Shown here: one piece after another, positions 1-13,019 of the stretch
Position numbering within the stretch: the stretch's first letter is position 1
How the letters are laid out: each line of letters begins with the position of its first letter
Source: Octopus vulgaris
Lineage: Eukaryota
Reading direction: 5' to 3'
Assembly (NCBI GenBank): GCA_951406725.2
Contig: OX597814.1
Coordinates: 101,308,001 to 101,372,000, forward strand
DNA length: 64,000 bases
Notes under the pieces: model-generated
What the model was told of the DNA's origin: nothing
What the model saw: the letters and a program-made list of their open reading frames with translations, nothing else
Databases searched by the model: none
Made by a program: the position numbers and the translations under genes

Positions 1-110
1 GTTTACCAAACAGTGTCGTCGCAGCTCCATCAGTCAATGCCTTCAAGAACAGTCTTGAAGCATAATGGAAGGAGCTTCCTGCAGAATTTGACCCTGTCTG
101 TTACTATTAG
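1..110 (+). mobile_element. CR1-like LINE 3' end fragment (ORF2 C-terminus)
   Basis: From base 2 reads LPNSVVAAPSVNAFKNSLEA*WK, matching the CR1 ORF2 terminal motif LPxxVVxAPSxNxFKxxLDxxW; truncated by the window edge. Confidence 0.65.
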
Positions 111-146
111 CTACAACTGTCGAAGTGTTGTACCACACATGACAAA

Positions 147-532
147 TCTCTCTATATATAAAGCTGAAGTTGTCTGTGTATGGCAGGTTTGGTAGCCTTC
201 AACTAACACTATCTCCTCCGAGACCCTGCGGCGCAAGTTGACCAAAATTGAGTGTGTGATAGAAGGTTTGCTCTTCCTTCCGTAGAAGAAAAAGTTCAAA
301 TCGGACCATGTTAACACAAAAATTATTTACACCAAAAAGGTGCTTTTTTCTATGAAAATTCCTATTTTTTACGATTTTTGACTGCTGTATCGCCATTTTT
401 CGGTGTATTTCAACCAGTAAAATGTTCACTTAAAGAGAATAACAAGCTACATAATGCAAAAGTTTTACTTTTCAAAAATTCCAATTCTTAAGGGATGAAA
501 CAAACCCGAGCAATGCCGCGCGATTCTGCTAG
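147..532 (+). mobile_element. Non-autonomous Helitron
   Basis: Starts TC (TCTCTCTATATATAAAG) after A146 and ends CTAG before T533, with a GC-rich subterminal imperfect hairpin (CCCGAGCAATGCCGCG) ~10 nt before the CTAG; A|T insertion with no TSD. Confidence 0.8.
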
Positions 533-1501
533 TTAATTGTACTAGTGGAAAAGGACCTGTGAAGAAGCTCCTAGGAGCTTCAACACGGAAACCATTCAGT
601 ATCCAGTAAACATATAACTTTTTCTTCTCGTTCGTAAAAAATGTAATAAAGCGGGTAAAAAAGTAGTGAGTAAATTATTTTTACCGTATTGCATAACACA
701 AAAAACAGCAATCCCTATCTATACAATTCAGGTTTTAAATTGTGTCAGAGTGCAGTCATGCTGGGGTACCACCTTGAAATTATTTAGTCAATAATACAAT
801 TTCCATTACTTATTCTACAAGCATCTTACTTATTTTATCGATCTAAGTTGTTTATGAAAATATTAACCGGGATCAATGAAAAGGGTGTCTACTAAGAAAT
901 TCTACAGTGATGTGAAACATTCATTACTCTCCTTTAATTGAAATGTATTTCAACTTCTTCTTAATTGTTAGGAAAGGGACACTAGAAACACTTAAGAAGT
1001 CTATAAGTGTTTATAGTAAAACAAAAATATAGCTAAACTCAACTCTTCATATTGGTAAATGTAATTCATTAATTCCCATCAGTGCGTCTATTTTCAAATT
1101 CACTCAAGTGAAGATTCATGAGCATTTTCTCTTGACAGTCTCAACAATTTTCCAATTTTCATTATCGTTTGTTTTAATGTAACATGGATAATTTTACTGA
1201 TTACAGAATAAACAGAGTCTTTGTTCAATTCATGCACATATAGTCAATTTACTTTATAATTTATGTATCATATACGTATGTATATATGATATCAATATGC
1301 ACAATACGTGTGCTAGCAGAAAACTACCCGGAGGGCGGTTTTTCTGCTCGTATACTCAATGCCCATTAAGGCTGAAATGCATCTGGGTCTTCGCTAGCTA
1401 CTGCTACGGCGATTTTTGTTTCGCTCACATATATATTTGTTTTAAATAAAGCACATCAATTGGAGACATTAGGAATAGCACAATAAATATTATATTAGAT
1501 G

Positions 1502-1583
<82 letters not shown>

Positions 1584-1659
1584 CATACGAACATATACGC
1601 GCGCGCTGTGTTCGTGTACGCATATGTGTATATATATATGTGTATATAATACAATACAA

Positions 1660-2010
1660 TACATGCTTGTATTTTAGCAGAATGGTACCTCAGCGTAAGT
1701 ACCTAATTCAACTAATTTATATATATATAAAGCAAGTAAGTAACAAGGATGTCCAAGTATTAATGCATTACGGCCGTTTCAAGCGGCTCCATGTAATCGA
1801 TCAATGCAAACATTACATCAATTTGAAATACCTCTCCTTCTTCGGGTGCATAAGACAATAAAGGTTTTCAACATGCAGGATACTCCATTATAATTTTTTT
1901 AGCAAATTTTTCATTTGGACTAGAGAATAAACAAATTATATGCTTGTTTGTAGCAGAATGGTGCCTCAACGTACGTACCTAATTCAACTAAATTATATAT
2001 ATATATATAT
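1660..2010 (-). mobile_element. Penelope-derived small element with ~70-bp direct terminal repeats
   Basis: ATGCTTGT..TAGCAGAATGGTRCCTCARCGTAMGTACCTAATTCAACTAA occurs at ~1663 and ~1940, each followed by a TA tract; a hammerhead-like motif lies between the repeats. Confidence 0.55.
1763..1851 (-). ncRNA. Degenerate type I hammerhead ribozyme
   Basis: Minus strand: AUGCAC-CCGAAGA-(long stem II including AUGUAAU/AUUACAU)-GAAA-C-GGCC-G-UA-AUGCAU. Core U4>C and one stem I mismatch. Confidence 0.55.
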
Positions 2011-2950
2011 ATTAGTTTTTGTATTTGGTTTGCAAGATTCTTGATGTGTAAACATGTGTTGAAACAAATCTTGTTGTGTCTTGAGAGTGTCATTACACCA
2101 ATAATAATAAACAGATGCACTGATTCAATATCACTTCTTTATTATCAGTCAATTGTTTAAATATCTAATCAACTGAATCAACTCAATTATTTAATGTGTT
2201 AATGAAACAATCAATCGATCGTTTATTAGTCAAAGTCTTTTCTTTGCTGTTCGCAACTTATTCTATGACTTACCCTCTCTTATTAAGATCTGCCGTGAGT
2301 CTGTCCGAGATTCGATCTAATGCCTATTGTATGCACGCTTATATTGGTGTACATGGATGTGCCTTTGCTTAGAAGAGAAGGTAACAGTGAGAGCAAACGA
2401 AGAGTTTGTGTGTGTATGCGTACTTGTGTGTATGCTTGTGGGTATATATCCGCGTGACTGCTTGTATGTGTTTGTATGCTACATATTTATATATGTGTGT
2501 GTTTGTATGCTATATATTTATATATGTGTGTGTGCATGTGTGTGTGTGTGTGTGTGTGTGTGAGTGTGTGTGTGTACGACATGATATGATAGATATGATA
2601 TTTGATCATCTAAATTAATAACTACATACTATCGTGTATTCATGTTGGCCTGTACACAAGTGTATATACCCCTGTTTCGATTTGACTTTGTGTATTTTCG
2701 GCTATATAAATAAAAACACACCAATCAGGATGAGAAATGCATGTTTCTTTCTTGTTATGCTTCGATGGATGTTGTTTTTACAATAGATGTTTACACAGAC
2801 CTTCGAAAATAAACATAGTGATAAAACGTGATTCGTTAAATCGTAAAAATTTACAATATCATTGGTGCTCTTGCTTCGCTTAATTCCAACTCAAGGGATT
2901 TCACTTACCAAAAATATCTGTCACCTTATCAATTCCCCATTTCCACTAAG

Positions 2951-2985
<35 letters not shown>

Positions 2986-3018
2986 CTTCTTCTTCTTCTT
3001 CTTCTTCTTCTTCTTCTT

Positions 3019-3113
<95 letters not shown>
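2951..3113. repeat. Compound microsatellite (GTT)n(CTT)n(TAT)n
   Basis: Directly visible. Confidence 0.95.
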
Positions 3114-4239
3114 GATAGCTCTTAATGTTTTCACTTTTGATGCTCTAATATATGCTGACTTTGTTGAACTGGCTTAAAATATTTAGGTTATGATATTTGG
3201 TATAGCGTTTGCTATCTATATCAGGATTTCAATGTTATGTGTTCAAATCCCTCTTGGTTTGACGTTGCTTTCTATCCCATTTAGCGTGTATAAAGTAAAT
3301 ACGAACAGCCAACTCCCTCCAACTGATTCAACTGGCAATATGAAGCCTTTTCAAAACTCGCCCTGAACCTTATCAAAATATATCTTGCAGTAGTTTTACA
3401 GTTTAATGATATAAAATTACATTTTTATATTCATTAACATCAATGTCATAATCATTAGCATCGTCAATAATGTTGTTGTTGTTGTTGTTATTGATGTTGT
3501 TGTTGTTGCTGTCGTCGTTGTTGTTCTTAGTTCTAGTTGCTTATCACATGTTTTAAAGAGTTTTATTCAAGTCTCTATTGTACCCGCCAGATGCACCTCC
3601 GTGTTTCTGTACTATGCTCAGTATTGTCTTTTGGGGAATGTAGAGATGTGTTTCACGTATACTACATCACTTTCCTTTATTATGGGATTTGTTTTCTTGT
3701 TTCTGGTGTTATTTTAGTGTTTCTTCTGTTGTACAGACTAAGTGCAATTTGTGTTATTTTCTTTCCAATGTGCAACGTGTGTATTAATACTGATAGTATT
3801 ATTGTTGATGTTTGTCGTAAACTGATGTCTGTGAACAGAGCAACAAAAAATTAGATTTGACTATATCACTTGATAAGAAAACAGACTTGCTTTCAGAAAT
3901 TTTAGCAATAGGGAACTGTTCCATCTTTCGCTCGAATAGTTTTCAATGCACGGGCTCTATTTATGAATTATTTCGTGGCGAAGACATCTGCTTCACATTG
4001 TTGCGTGACAGGAGCAAGTGCATCAATATTACCACCCCTCATCGACCGCCGAGAATAAAGGAAATAACTGATGTGTACGAATCGAAAAACACAGCAGCTT
4101 CTCAACGAAAAGCAACTGCTGACAGTCCTAGTCGATATGAGGAATAAGTAGCTTATTGGGGAAGAAAGTATGCAATACTAGGCTTAATATTCAAAACCGA
4201 GAACGTAGTAAAAAAAACCCAAAGAAAATAGGGCGCGTT

Positions 4240-4785
4240 AGAATTAGACCCCTTAGCGGAGAGGCAAATTTTTACATTGGTGTGATTTGAACTCAAACAT
4301 AAAAAGCCGAAATAAATACTGGTAAGTATTTTGTTCGACGTTCTAACAATTCCACTACCGTTAATTATATTTTCTTATAACAAGTAAGAGAACGAACATT
4401 CCAACGGGGATATCGATCGATGCCATCGATACCATTACATAAGCATATTTTATTTCAAAGATTCTGAAGGGATAAAAAGCACAATTGACCCCAGCAAGAT
4501 TTGAAATATTTGCATGGTACTTTCCTAACGTTCTAACGATTCTTTCTGCTTGCCGGCTTTACATTTAGAATTACGGTTTCCAATTTAAGCACAAGGCCAG
4601 CATTGCATTTTACTACGAAAAGGGTTAGTCAGTTAGATCAACCTCAGTATTAAACTAGGACTTTATTTTATAGACACCAGTGAGAAGAAAAGCAAAATTG
4701 ACTTTGGTGGTATTTGAACTCTGAATGTAAACAACCAAAAGAAGGAACGTAAAGCCCAGACAATTCTGCTTATTCACCGCCTTTC
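4240..4785 (-). mobile_element. Cluster of three decayed tRNA-derived (MetaSINE-like) SINE copies
   Basis: Recurring minus-strand TTTGAA(CTC) B-box remnant and AAAAGCAMAATTGAC motif homologous to the better copies at 21237-21845. Confidence 0.55.
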
Positions 4786-5607
4786 AACAACATTAAAAAT
4801 AGCAACAACATAAACAACTGCAATAAAGATGTTCATTTTTGTTTAAGACAACAAATTTACACATTTCTTCCATGCAAGTTGGCAAATAACAGTAATTGAT
4901 GTATTTTTACTTAGTGCTAGTACTAGTAATACAACAGTAAAATCAACAACAACAGCAACTTCTACGACTACAAACTATTGTGGTTGTTGTTGTCGTTGTC
5001 GTTCTAGTAACGAAGTTGTTGTATTTGTTGTTATGCATTATGAGGTCGGATGGGTACTTCATACGATTATGGCAAAGTTACAAATCATTCTTCAGTAAAA
5101 ATTTTATCATAATTTATTCCTTATGGGAATTTTTTGAGCTTAAATACATTTGTATCTTTGAGTTGTCAACGAAAAAATTCCCAGTAGTGAAAGAGAATAA
5201 CATTTGCAATATATACTTCAATGTACAAAAAAACAAAAATTGTTTGATACCATAAGGATAAGTATGTATGTATCTGTGTACGTATGTATTTTTATGTATA
5301 TATGTATGTATGTGTGTGTGGGTGCATATATATATATATATATATGAACGTATGAATGTGTGTATGCGTGTGCATGCACGTGTGCGTGCCTGTGCTACTG
5401 TGTGCGTTTGTTTCTAGAAAAATTGTAAATTTTGTTGATAACACTGTCCCTTGCGATGGAGAGCATAATATTGATATAAGCATGAGATATAAATAAGCAA
5501 GTAATAAATACATTCACATAAACATTGATACATACATATATACACACATACATATATACATATACATATATGTATGCATATATATATATTCACACGCTCA
5601 CACACAC

Positions 5608-5676
<69 letters not shown>

Positions 5677-5678
<2 letters not shown>

Positions 5679-5836
5679 CGGAGGAGTGGCTGTGTGGTAA
5701 GAGCTTGCTTCCCAACCACATAGTTCCAGGTTCAGACCCACTAACTGGTACGTTGGGCAAGTATCTTCCACTATAGCTTCGGGCCGACCAAAAACTTGTG
5801 AGTGGATTGGTTGTCGGAAACTGACAGAAGCTCATC

Positions 5837-5901
<65 letters not shown>

Positions 5902-5906
5902 CATAT

Positions 5907-5972
<66 letters not shown>

Positions 5973-6180
5973 ATTTGTGTGTCTGTGTTTGTCGCCCCAC
6001 CATCGCTTGACAGCGGATGTTGTGTTTCGACCCCGTACCATAGCGATTCGGCAAAAGAGACCGAGAGATAAGTACTAGGCTTACAAACAAGTTATGTTGT
6101 CTATTTGTTCTTCTAAAGGCGGTGCTCCATCATGGCCGCAGTCAAAAGACTGAAGCAAGTGAACGAAAAAAGAATAAAAT
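5677..6180 (+). mobile_element. tRNA-derived CORE-like SINE with internal microsatellite
   Basis: GGCGGAGGAGTGGCTGTGTGGTAAG head, B-box GGTTCAGACCC, TTGGGCAAGT core motif, 3' part GGCGGTGCTCCATCATGGCCGCAGTC..A-rich tail. Confidence 0.85.
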
Positions 6181-7088
6181 AATTTACATATACATATACA
6201 TATACACACACATATATATTCATACACACATGCACACACAGACAGACAGACACACACACACTCACACATATATATATATTCATGTTTCTGGGTATGTATA
6301 TGTACAAATATGAGTGTGTGTAAAGACAGGCGCATGTATTTTTATTTGTAGGCATGTGTAATTCTATATATGTACGTATAGGTATGTGTGAGAACGCTGT
6401 TATACTATGTGGGTGTAACAAAATGTGTATAAAAGTACACAAAACCTACCGCTGTATGAGAAAAATAGATACCCCTTCAGAAAAGTCCTCAAATGTATCA
6501 TGACATTACTACAAAATGCATAAGTCCGATTTATACATCAACTTAAGGAAGAATATCTAATAACGTCAATGACAACTTTAAAGAATCGGATACGCTGAAT
6601 TTATCCTTAGGACAGAAGACATGATACAAATTCCAAGTGGCAGTGGTCAAAATTGCAATTGTATAAATCACAGAAAATCTACTTTTGTTGGGCTTTCATT
6701 GAGTTTCCGTCTACAGAATTTTCTTTACACGGTTATATGGGCACAATTCTATGGTAGAATACACTCGTTTAAGGTGAGATGGTTCCCTAAATTATGCAGC
6801 TGCAATCGAACCATATTAACGATTGTAACCACATAAGCATGGCTGCAGAATGGGAAGGGAATGGAACCGTGGAAAATGGTCGAGGGTTGTAGTGGTGTGA
6901 GGTGACTGGGTTGGTGAACCGTTGAGTACTTGATCTGGCAGGGACGTTGTTGGAACAAAGTTGAAAAGTGAGATGGCTGGATTGAATGTATTTCAGCAGG
7001 GACGAATCTTCAAAGAATCTTCAAAGACACCAAGGATCAGAAGTTATGCCGAAGAATATACGGCTCAGGCTACTCATCTTTCTATCAT

Positions 7089-7141
<53 letters not shown>

Positions 7142-7482
7142 CTATCTATTTATCTATCTGTCTGTCTGTCTGTCTATCTATTTACCTGTTTACATATCTA
7201 TCGGTCCGTCTATCTGTCTGTTTGTCCGGGCGTTTGTGTAACTCTATAGGTGTGGTGTATGGGTGCGCTTGCACATGTGTGCTTATATGTATACGATTAT
7301 ACCGTATTTCTGAAAAAAAAGAATTGAACCTAAAAAACAAGTTACGCTCGGTCCTATATGCAGAGTTGGACCTCGAATAAGCTTTAATACACTAAATGCA
7401 ACTTTCTTTTTCTCTGAATGCGTGTTGTAGAAATTAAGATGCTTCGAATACGTCCAGGTGTCATATATGTTATCAAATGTGG

Positions 7483-7513
<31 letters not shown>

Positions 7514-7639
7514 AACTTTTTGTAAAAGTTCCTACCGATAATGGTTATATTTCCATACCGAAACTACTCGGTAATAATTGTTGATTTTAAAATTAATAAT
7601 TATTTACCCTTATATTCTTAATAATATATATATATATAT

Positions 7640-8167
7640 ACTAAGCAATTAAGGGTTTAGCAACGAATTGCCTTACCACACACCGAATTTAGAAATAGCA
7701 GTCAAAGAGATTATAGCTATTTCTTCTACTAAAAGGAGATCACAGTAAAGGCACAGCACTTGAAAGGCAAACACAAACAGGTAAAAGAGAATGAATTAAC
7801 GGCAATCTATCATACAGTTTTAAGTCACCTACGGACGTACGTTTCGAGATCAAGTCTTAGGAAAGCATAAGAATTAGATAACTCTACTTTACCCAGACTT
7901 CTTCTTTCATCAGCGCAGGATACTAACAATCATGAATGATTGAATATTGAATTTTGAGATACTAGAAGGCACCAACTCAACTCAGTATCAGAGCGAGCTA
8001 GAAGCCACAGCTAGTATCACCAAATTCAAAGTATGAATGAAAGCTTGTGTCACCAGTCCCTTCCCACCCGCGTGTAGCCAAGACAAAGTGCCGTGGTCAT
8101 TTACTGGGATGAATATGGTTTATGAGTAACAATGAAGGGTGAAATTAATTAATTTGGAACAATTATC

Positions 8168-8175
<8 letters not shown>
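7640..8175 (-). mobile_element. ~535-bp Penelope-type non-autonomous element between (TA)n tracts
   Basis: Bounded by TA microsatellites on both sides, contains a hammerhead, and has AAGGGTGAAATTAATT resembling the start of the 533-bp array unit. Confidence 0.55.
7828..7919 (-). ncRNA. Type I hammerhead ribozyme with extended stem II
   Basis: Minus strand: CCUGCG-CUGAUGA-AAGAAGAAGUCU..AGACUUGAUCUC-GAAA-C-GUAC-G-UC-CGUAGG; 6-bp stem I, intact core, GUC site; the first stem II pair is an A-C mismatch. Confidence 0.75.
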
Positions 8176-8234
<59 letters not shown>

Positions 8235-8241
8235 TGTTCGC

Positions 8242-8283
8242 AATTGTCTGACGAATTGAAACTTGAAAATCTGAGTAACAGTT
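8242..8283 (+). ncRNA. Degenerate minimal hammerhead in a small TA-flanked element (8231-8385)
   Basis: AAUUGU-CUGACGA-AUUGAAACUU-GAAA-AUCUGAG-UA-ACAGUU; stem I pairs over 6 bp; homologous copy at 35312. Confidence 0.5.
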
Positions 8284-8469
8284 TCGTGATGTTTTTGCAG
8301 CTTTAATAAAAACTCATATTATTCTACTTTCGGTATTCCAGTACTATTTTTTCCACCTTGTTTTCATTTATGTGCTTACTCGTGTATATATGTATATATA
8401 TATAATATATATATAGTTAATCCCTCCCAAAATGAGACAAAGCACAAGAAGAAAAAAAAACAACGATTC

Positions 8470-11400
8470 GAGGTCTCTAGAATAGGATATAATTCCTATC
8501 AGTGAGACCAGGATTTCCAATACACGCGCACTGGCCCCCATGTTCGACTACTATCAGATCTTTGCATCTGTTAGTCAGCCGGGAATGGGAGGTGGAGTGT
8601 CAGTGGTGTTTAGGAAAGAAATAGATCTCGAAGTAAAGTCGATCTTCCAGGACCCAGACGGGAAGTTGTTAGTCCGGGACGTGAGCAATAGTGAGCCAAA
8701 CGGCTGTATTTCTATAGGCGCCTGGAAGCCTTTCCAGGTAAGTCTCACCCTTTACTGTCTGTAGGGGACTGGAAATGGAATCTTAGATCAACGCTAGGAT
8801 TATGTGGAAGTAGCTGATAGAATAGGGCAATGCAAAAGCCTCATGTACCTGATCAGTCAGTTCCAACTGTCTGACAGGTAGCGACGAGATTTCCCTAATG
8901 CGCCAGTGTAGACCTCAACCAACCGCTCAGATTACATATAGATTGGAATTTCTCAAGGAAAATAGATAGTAATAATGTAGGATGTCCACTTTCTAAAACG
9001 GTGGTCTATTCAGATCATCAGTTTGTAATCTGTAATCGACCTAGATAAGACGCGTAGTTTAGGACCTGGGTACTGAAAGCTGAACATGCTTCCAGCACAT
9101 AAGGCCTACAGGGACCGGGTCTGCAATTTAGTTAAGCAGAAGTTGACAAGGGGACGCTTGTCAACAACAGGTGGTGGATAGCTCTCAAAAGAGAGATTAG
9201 AGTAATATTGATAGGGTTTAGCAAAGAAATAGTGAAGATAAAAAAAATAGAAAGGAGGCGGGGTTAGTAGCTAAACTAGGCGACGCTGTTTGTAGTGGCA
9301 TTGCAACCGACGTGCTAATGGCATTAGACCAGTTCTTCAATGCAAAACATGAATGTTGCTCTAAGAAACGAGGGGAACAGAGCTGTTCGATGAGCCCGCG
9401 TGACGGAGGCGCAGCGTGGTAACAACACCACAATTCGATCTTTGACGGACCGAGGTGGGCACGAGCTGAGCGATTCCAGGAAGATGTGAAGGCCTTTCGC
9501 CAGCACTTTACCTGGTTGTTCGGAGGGAGTGGAGGAGTGGAGATGGTGATGAACTTCAGTCGCTGCCTCGACTTCTTTCGATGGTCGACGCTGAGCACTG
9601 TGAAATTCAGCTAACTTCAGCCGAAATGAAGGATGTCCTTATGGGCTGCACGAGGCGCAAGTCACCCAGTTTACGTAAATATGCCAGACTTGTTCTCCGA
9701 TCTCCTCAAAGCGCTCTACTGCAACTGGCAGCAGAATGGGAGTATTCCCAGTTCTGTGAGCTGGGGCGTAGTAGTGCTGATAAGGAAAGTAGAAAACAAG
9801 AGGGACACATTAGATAACTTCAGGCTCATTACTCTACTTAGCACAGAGTTTAAGATTTTGACTAAGGCGTTAGCAAAGAGGTTGGCGCTTGTCATCGAGG
9901 ATTTGGATAGAGAGGCGCAAACCTGCGTATTCCCTACTAGGTTCATACGCGATAACTTCCACCTCATAGTAAGGGTAGAATGTAAACCTGGCTTCGGTGA
10001 GGCGCTGATAAATTTAGATCAATCGAAAGCATTCGATAGGGTCGACCATTGATATCTAGAGGTTGTCCTCAAAGCGGCTCGTTTCCGCCCCGTCTTCAGA
10101 GGTTGGATCGCTGCAATGCACAGCGATATCTGCTGAGTGGTCAAAGTAAATGGCCACCTCTGGGAACCGTTTAAGATCTCCCGATCGGTCTATCAAGAGT
10201 ACTCTCTCTCCTCCCTTTTGTACGTATTGACCCTTGAGCTTTTACTACGGAAGTTGGAGCTGCTGTAGGGCATCCCGCTCGAAGACGTGTTGGTGTATAC
10301 GGACATCATCGTGATATCAGACAACTCAGAAATCGAGGTAGTCAGCACATCTTTGGAAGAATATGAAAAGTTGACGGGAGCAAAACTCAACCCAGAAAAG
10401 TCGGTGGGCTTGCAACTCGGCACCTGGAGAGGCAAGTTCATACCTCTCCAGTGTTGTTGGGCGCTGGACGCACGGACGAGTAAAGTTGCTTCGGACCAGA
10501 CCTCAAGGTGGATACGAACTTGGAGGTGATGAGGTGACGAGCGGCGTAGCTGGTCTTACCCAGAAATGAGCGACGAAGAAGCAGTCACTGAATAGTCGGG
10601 CGGAAGTGGCGAGTGCGTACATCGTGTCCGTTATCTACTAACGCTTGACTGCCATACCTTGCCCCCAATCCTGCTTCGCCAAATTGGAAAACCTCTTCTT
10701 CAAATTTTTGTGGAGGAGGCAGGTTCCATTGGTAAAGCGCTCCATCTGCTGCCAACACATCCTACACGAAGGGCTGTGCACACGTGACTAATGATGCGCA
10801 GACATGTGCTAAGGCTGCACATCTCCAGATATTCTGCCTAAACGGTTAACAGGTGTGGTCGCCGTTTGTCGACTAGGCCGTTCTATAACTCGACTCCTTA
10901 ACTGAGCTGCAGCCCTGGGTCAAAAAGAGACCTAGGTAGGATAACTGGCAACTGGAATGTTGCCAGGCACTCACTGCCCTCTACCAGTCGGGCAATGCGA
11001 TCAGTAGAACATCCACTCTTGAGTTCTATAGAGGGTTAGAGGACGGCAAGGGCGATTACGCACTTGGAGAGATGCTAGTCGTTGACGAAGTCGAATTGAC
11101 CAGTCTGTTCAGGAGGAATTTCGGGCCGGGGACGATTGATAACTTCCAAAAATCCCTAGCTTGGTAGTACTATCGGAGGACCTGCCGGTTCCAGATAAAG
11201 TCTACAGGCGCGGAAGTGCTGTCAGATGGACATGCTGAATGGGGGCGCAGAGTGTCAAAACCGTTCAACACGCACTCGTCTAATGTCCTTGCATTACTGA
11301 CTTGTAGAATTATGTTGAACAGCTGTTATCACGTGTAGGACGGATCTGGCTATCAGCCGAGTCCATAGTAAAGATCGATCCGCCGCCTTCCATCGATCCT

Positions 11401-11908
11401 GAAGGGCAGGCAATTTTCCTCTATCTGATAGTAGCAAAAAAGGTATATGGTGAACCAGGTTGAAAGGACTGATGACAGACATTTTCTCATTGGCCAATCC
11501 CTCATCAAACTTTTGAAATCTTACTTGGAGAGGAAGATGAGGGTGGAGAGAGAAGTGCTGCCTCCCAGTATATTTGCTTAAAGGTGGGTGAATGTAGCGA
11601 AAATGGACCGAGTAAGTGGACCTACTCTAATAATGCGCCCGTAGGCTAGTGAATCTGAGAGTGCGAAGTGTGCCCCTCGCGAATGCCCTCGAAGCGTCGA
11701 TTGTACAGGAGTGGTGCGGTACCTGAGTCAATTCCAGGTGGTTACCCCCCTCTTCCTATTGCAGAACTTTGATTGTTGTATTTTTTTGTTGGTTATTATT
11801 GTTATTGTTTTAATTGTGTATTCGTTGTTGTTTTTGAGTAAAATTCCTACTGTCCATGTTTACTGTATTGTCCCCTATATGTCGGCCCTAGTGGCCAATA
11901 AATAAAAT
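8470..11908 (+). mobile_element. Decayed Tx1/L1-clade LINE ORF2 (APE endonuclease, RT, C-terminal domain) with 3' UTR
   Basis: Frames give ISETR, GGGVSVVFRK, YSDHQFV (APE), GPGY*KLN, NFRLITLLSTEFKILTKALAKRL and LDQSKAFDRVDH (RT); many stops and frameshifts; ends AATAAATAAAA followed by (CTA)n(TAA)n. Confidence 0.9.
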
Positions 11909-11934
11909 ACTACTACTACTACTACTACTACTAC

Positions 11935-12007
<73 letters not shown>

Positions 12008-12009
12008 TA

Positions 12010-12120
12010 GGCGCAGGAGTGGCTGTGTGGTAAGTAGCTTGCTAACCAACCACATGGTTCCGGGTTCAGTCCCACTGCGTTGCATCTTGGGCAAGTGTCT
12101 TCTGCTATAGCCTCGGGCCG
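12010..12120 (+). mobile_element. CORE-like SINE, 5' part
   Basis: GGCGCAGGAGTGGCTGTGTGGTAAG..GGTTCAGTCCC..CTTGGGCAAGT. Confidence 0.85.
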
Positions 12121-12540
12121 ATGGTCTTCAACTACACGATCCATCTGAAAATCAGTCCCAGAGTATCATTACTTTCCATCCTCCCGCATAACTTTACTTG
12201 GTACATGCTCATACCAGTTCTCTGTTACTTCATATTGGTATTTACGGTATAAAAGCCAATGAAGATACACACACACTTTATCGTGGCGGCTCTTCTATTC
12301 TTTTTGTGCAAGGCTCTCTCATTTTCTACTCTGGGTCACATTTTCTACACTCTTTCCACAGAGTTTGCGTTTCTGGGTGTCAGAAGTTTATAATTCACTG
12401 ACTTGGTAGCGAGCGCCTGGTCTTGTGCAGCAATGATCAGGCTTTCGGTGGTATGCTTTAAATCACCCTCAAGCCATGCTCATGATTCTGTATTATCCTT
12501 AACGTCCTGTGTATTCCTTTCAAACTCTCCACGCATTGTC
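12121..12540 (-). mobile_element. R4/Dong-like (RLE-type) non-LTR retrotransposon fragment
   Basis: Minus frames give WLEGDLKHTTESLIIAAQDQALAT, RHDKVC..LHWLL and NWYEHVPSKV, typical of the region between RT and the restriction-like endonuclease. Confidence 0.8.
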
Positions 12541-12619
12541 AATTCATTATTACTATCTTTGTTATTATCATTATTGTTATTATTATTATTATCTTTGTTA
12601 TTATCATTATTATTCTTAG

Positions 12620-12697
<78 letters not shown>

Positions 12698-13019
12698 AAT
12701 TATTATCATCATCATCATCATTATTATTACTATCATATAATTTTTTTAACCCTTGTATGCTTTGCATAAGTCCCTTCTTTTTCAGTGCATACAGTGTATA
12801 CTTACTTTTTTTTATCATTTCATTGTATGTAAAACCCAACAATTTATCGCTGTCTTTCTATTGCCCCCCTCATCTTTCGCCCTTGTGACAATTAAATGAA
12901 AACATTGTCACAATTAAATGAAAACAATTATTATTATTGTTGTTGTTGTTGTTGTTGCTTTTGCAGTTGCTGCTTTTGATGTTGTTTTCATATAGTATTT
13001 CATTCTTTTCTTTATTTTT

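Noticed and set aside
7530-7575. Hammerhead-like CCGATAA..GAAACTACTC
   Set aside because: Two core mismatches and no consistent stem I/III register.
9633-10052. Functional reverse transcriptase gene
   Set aside because: Fragment of a LINE ORF2 broken by many stops and frameshifts.
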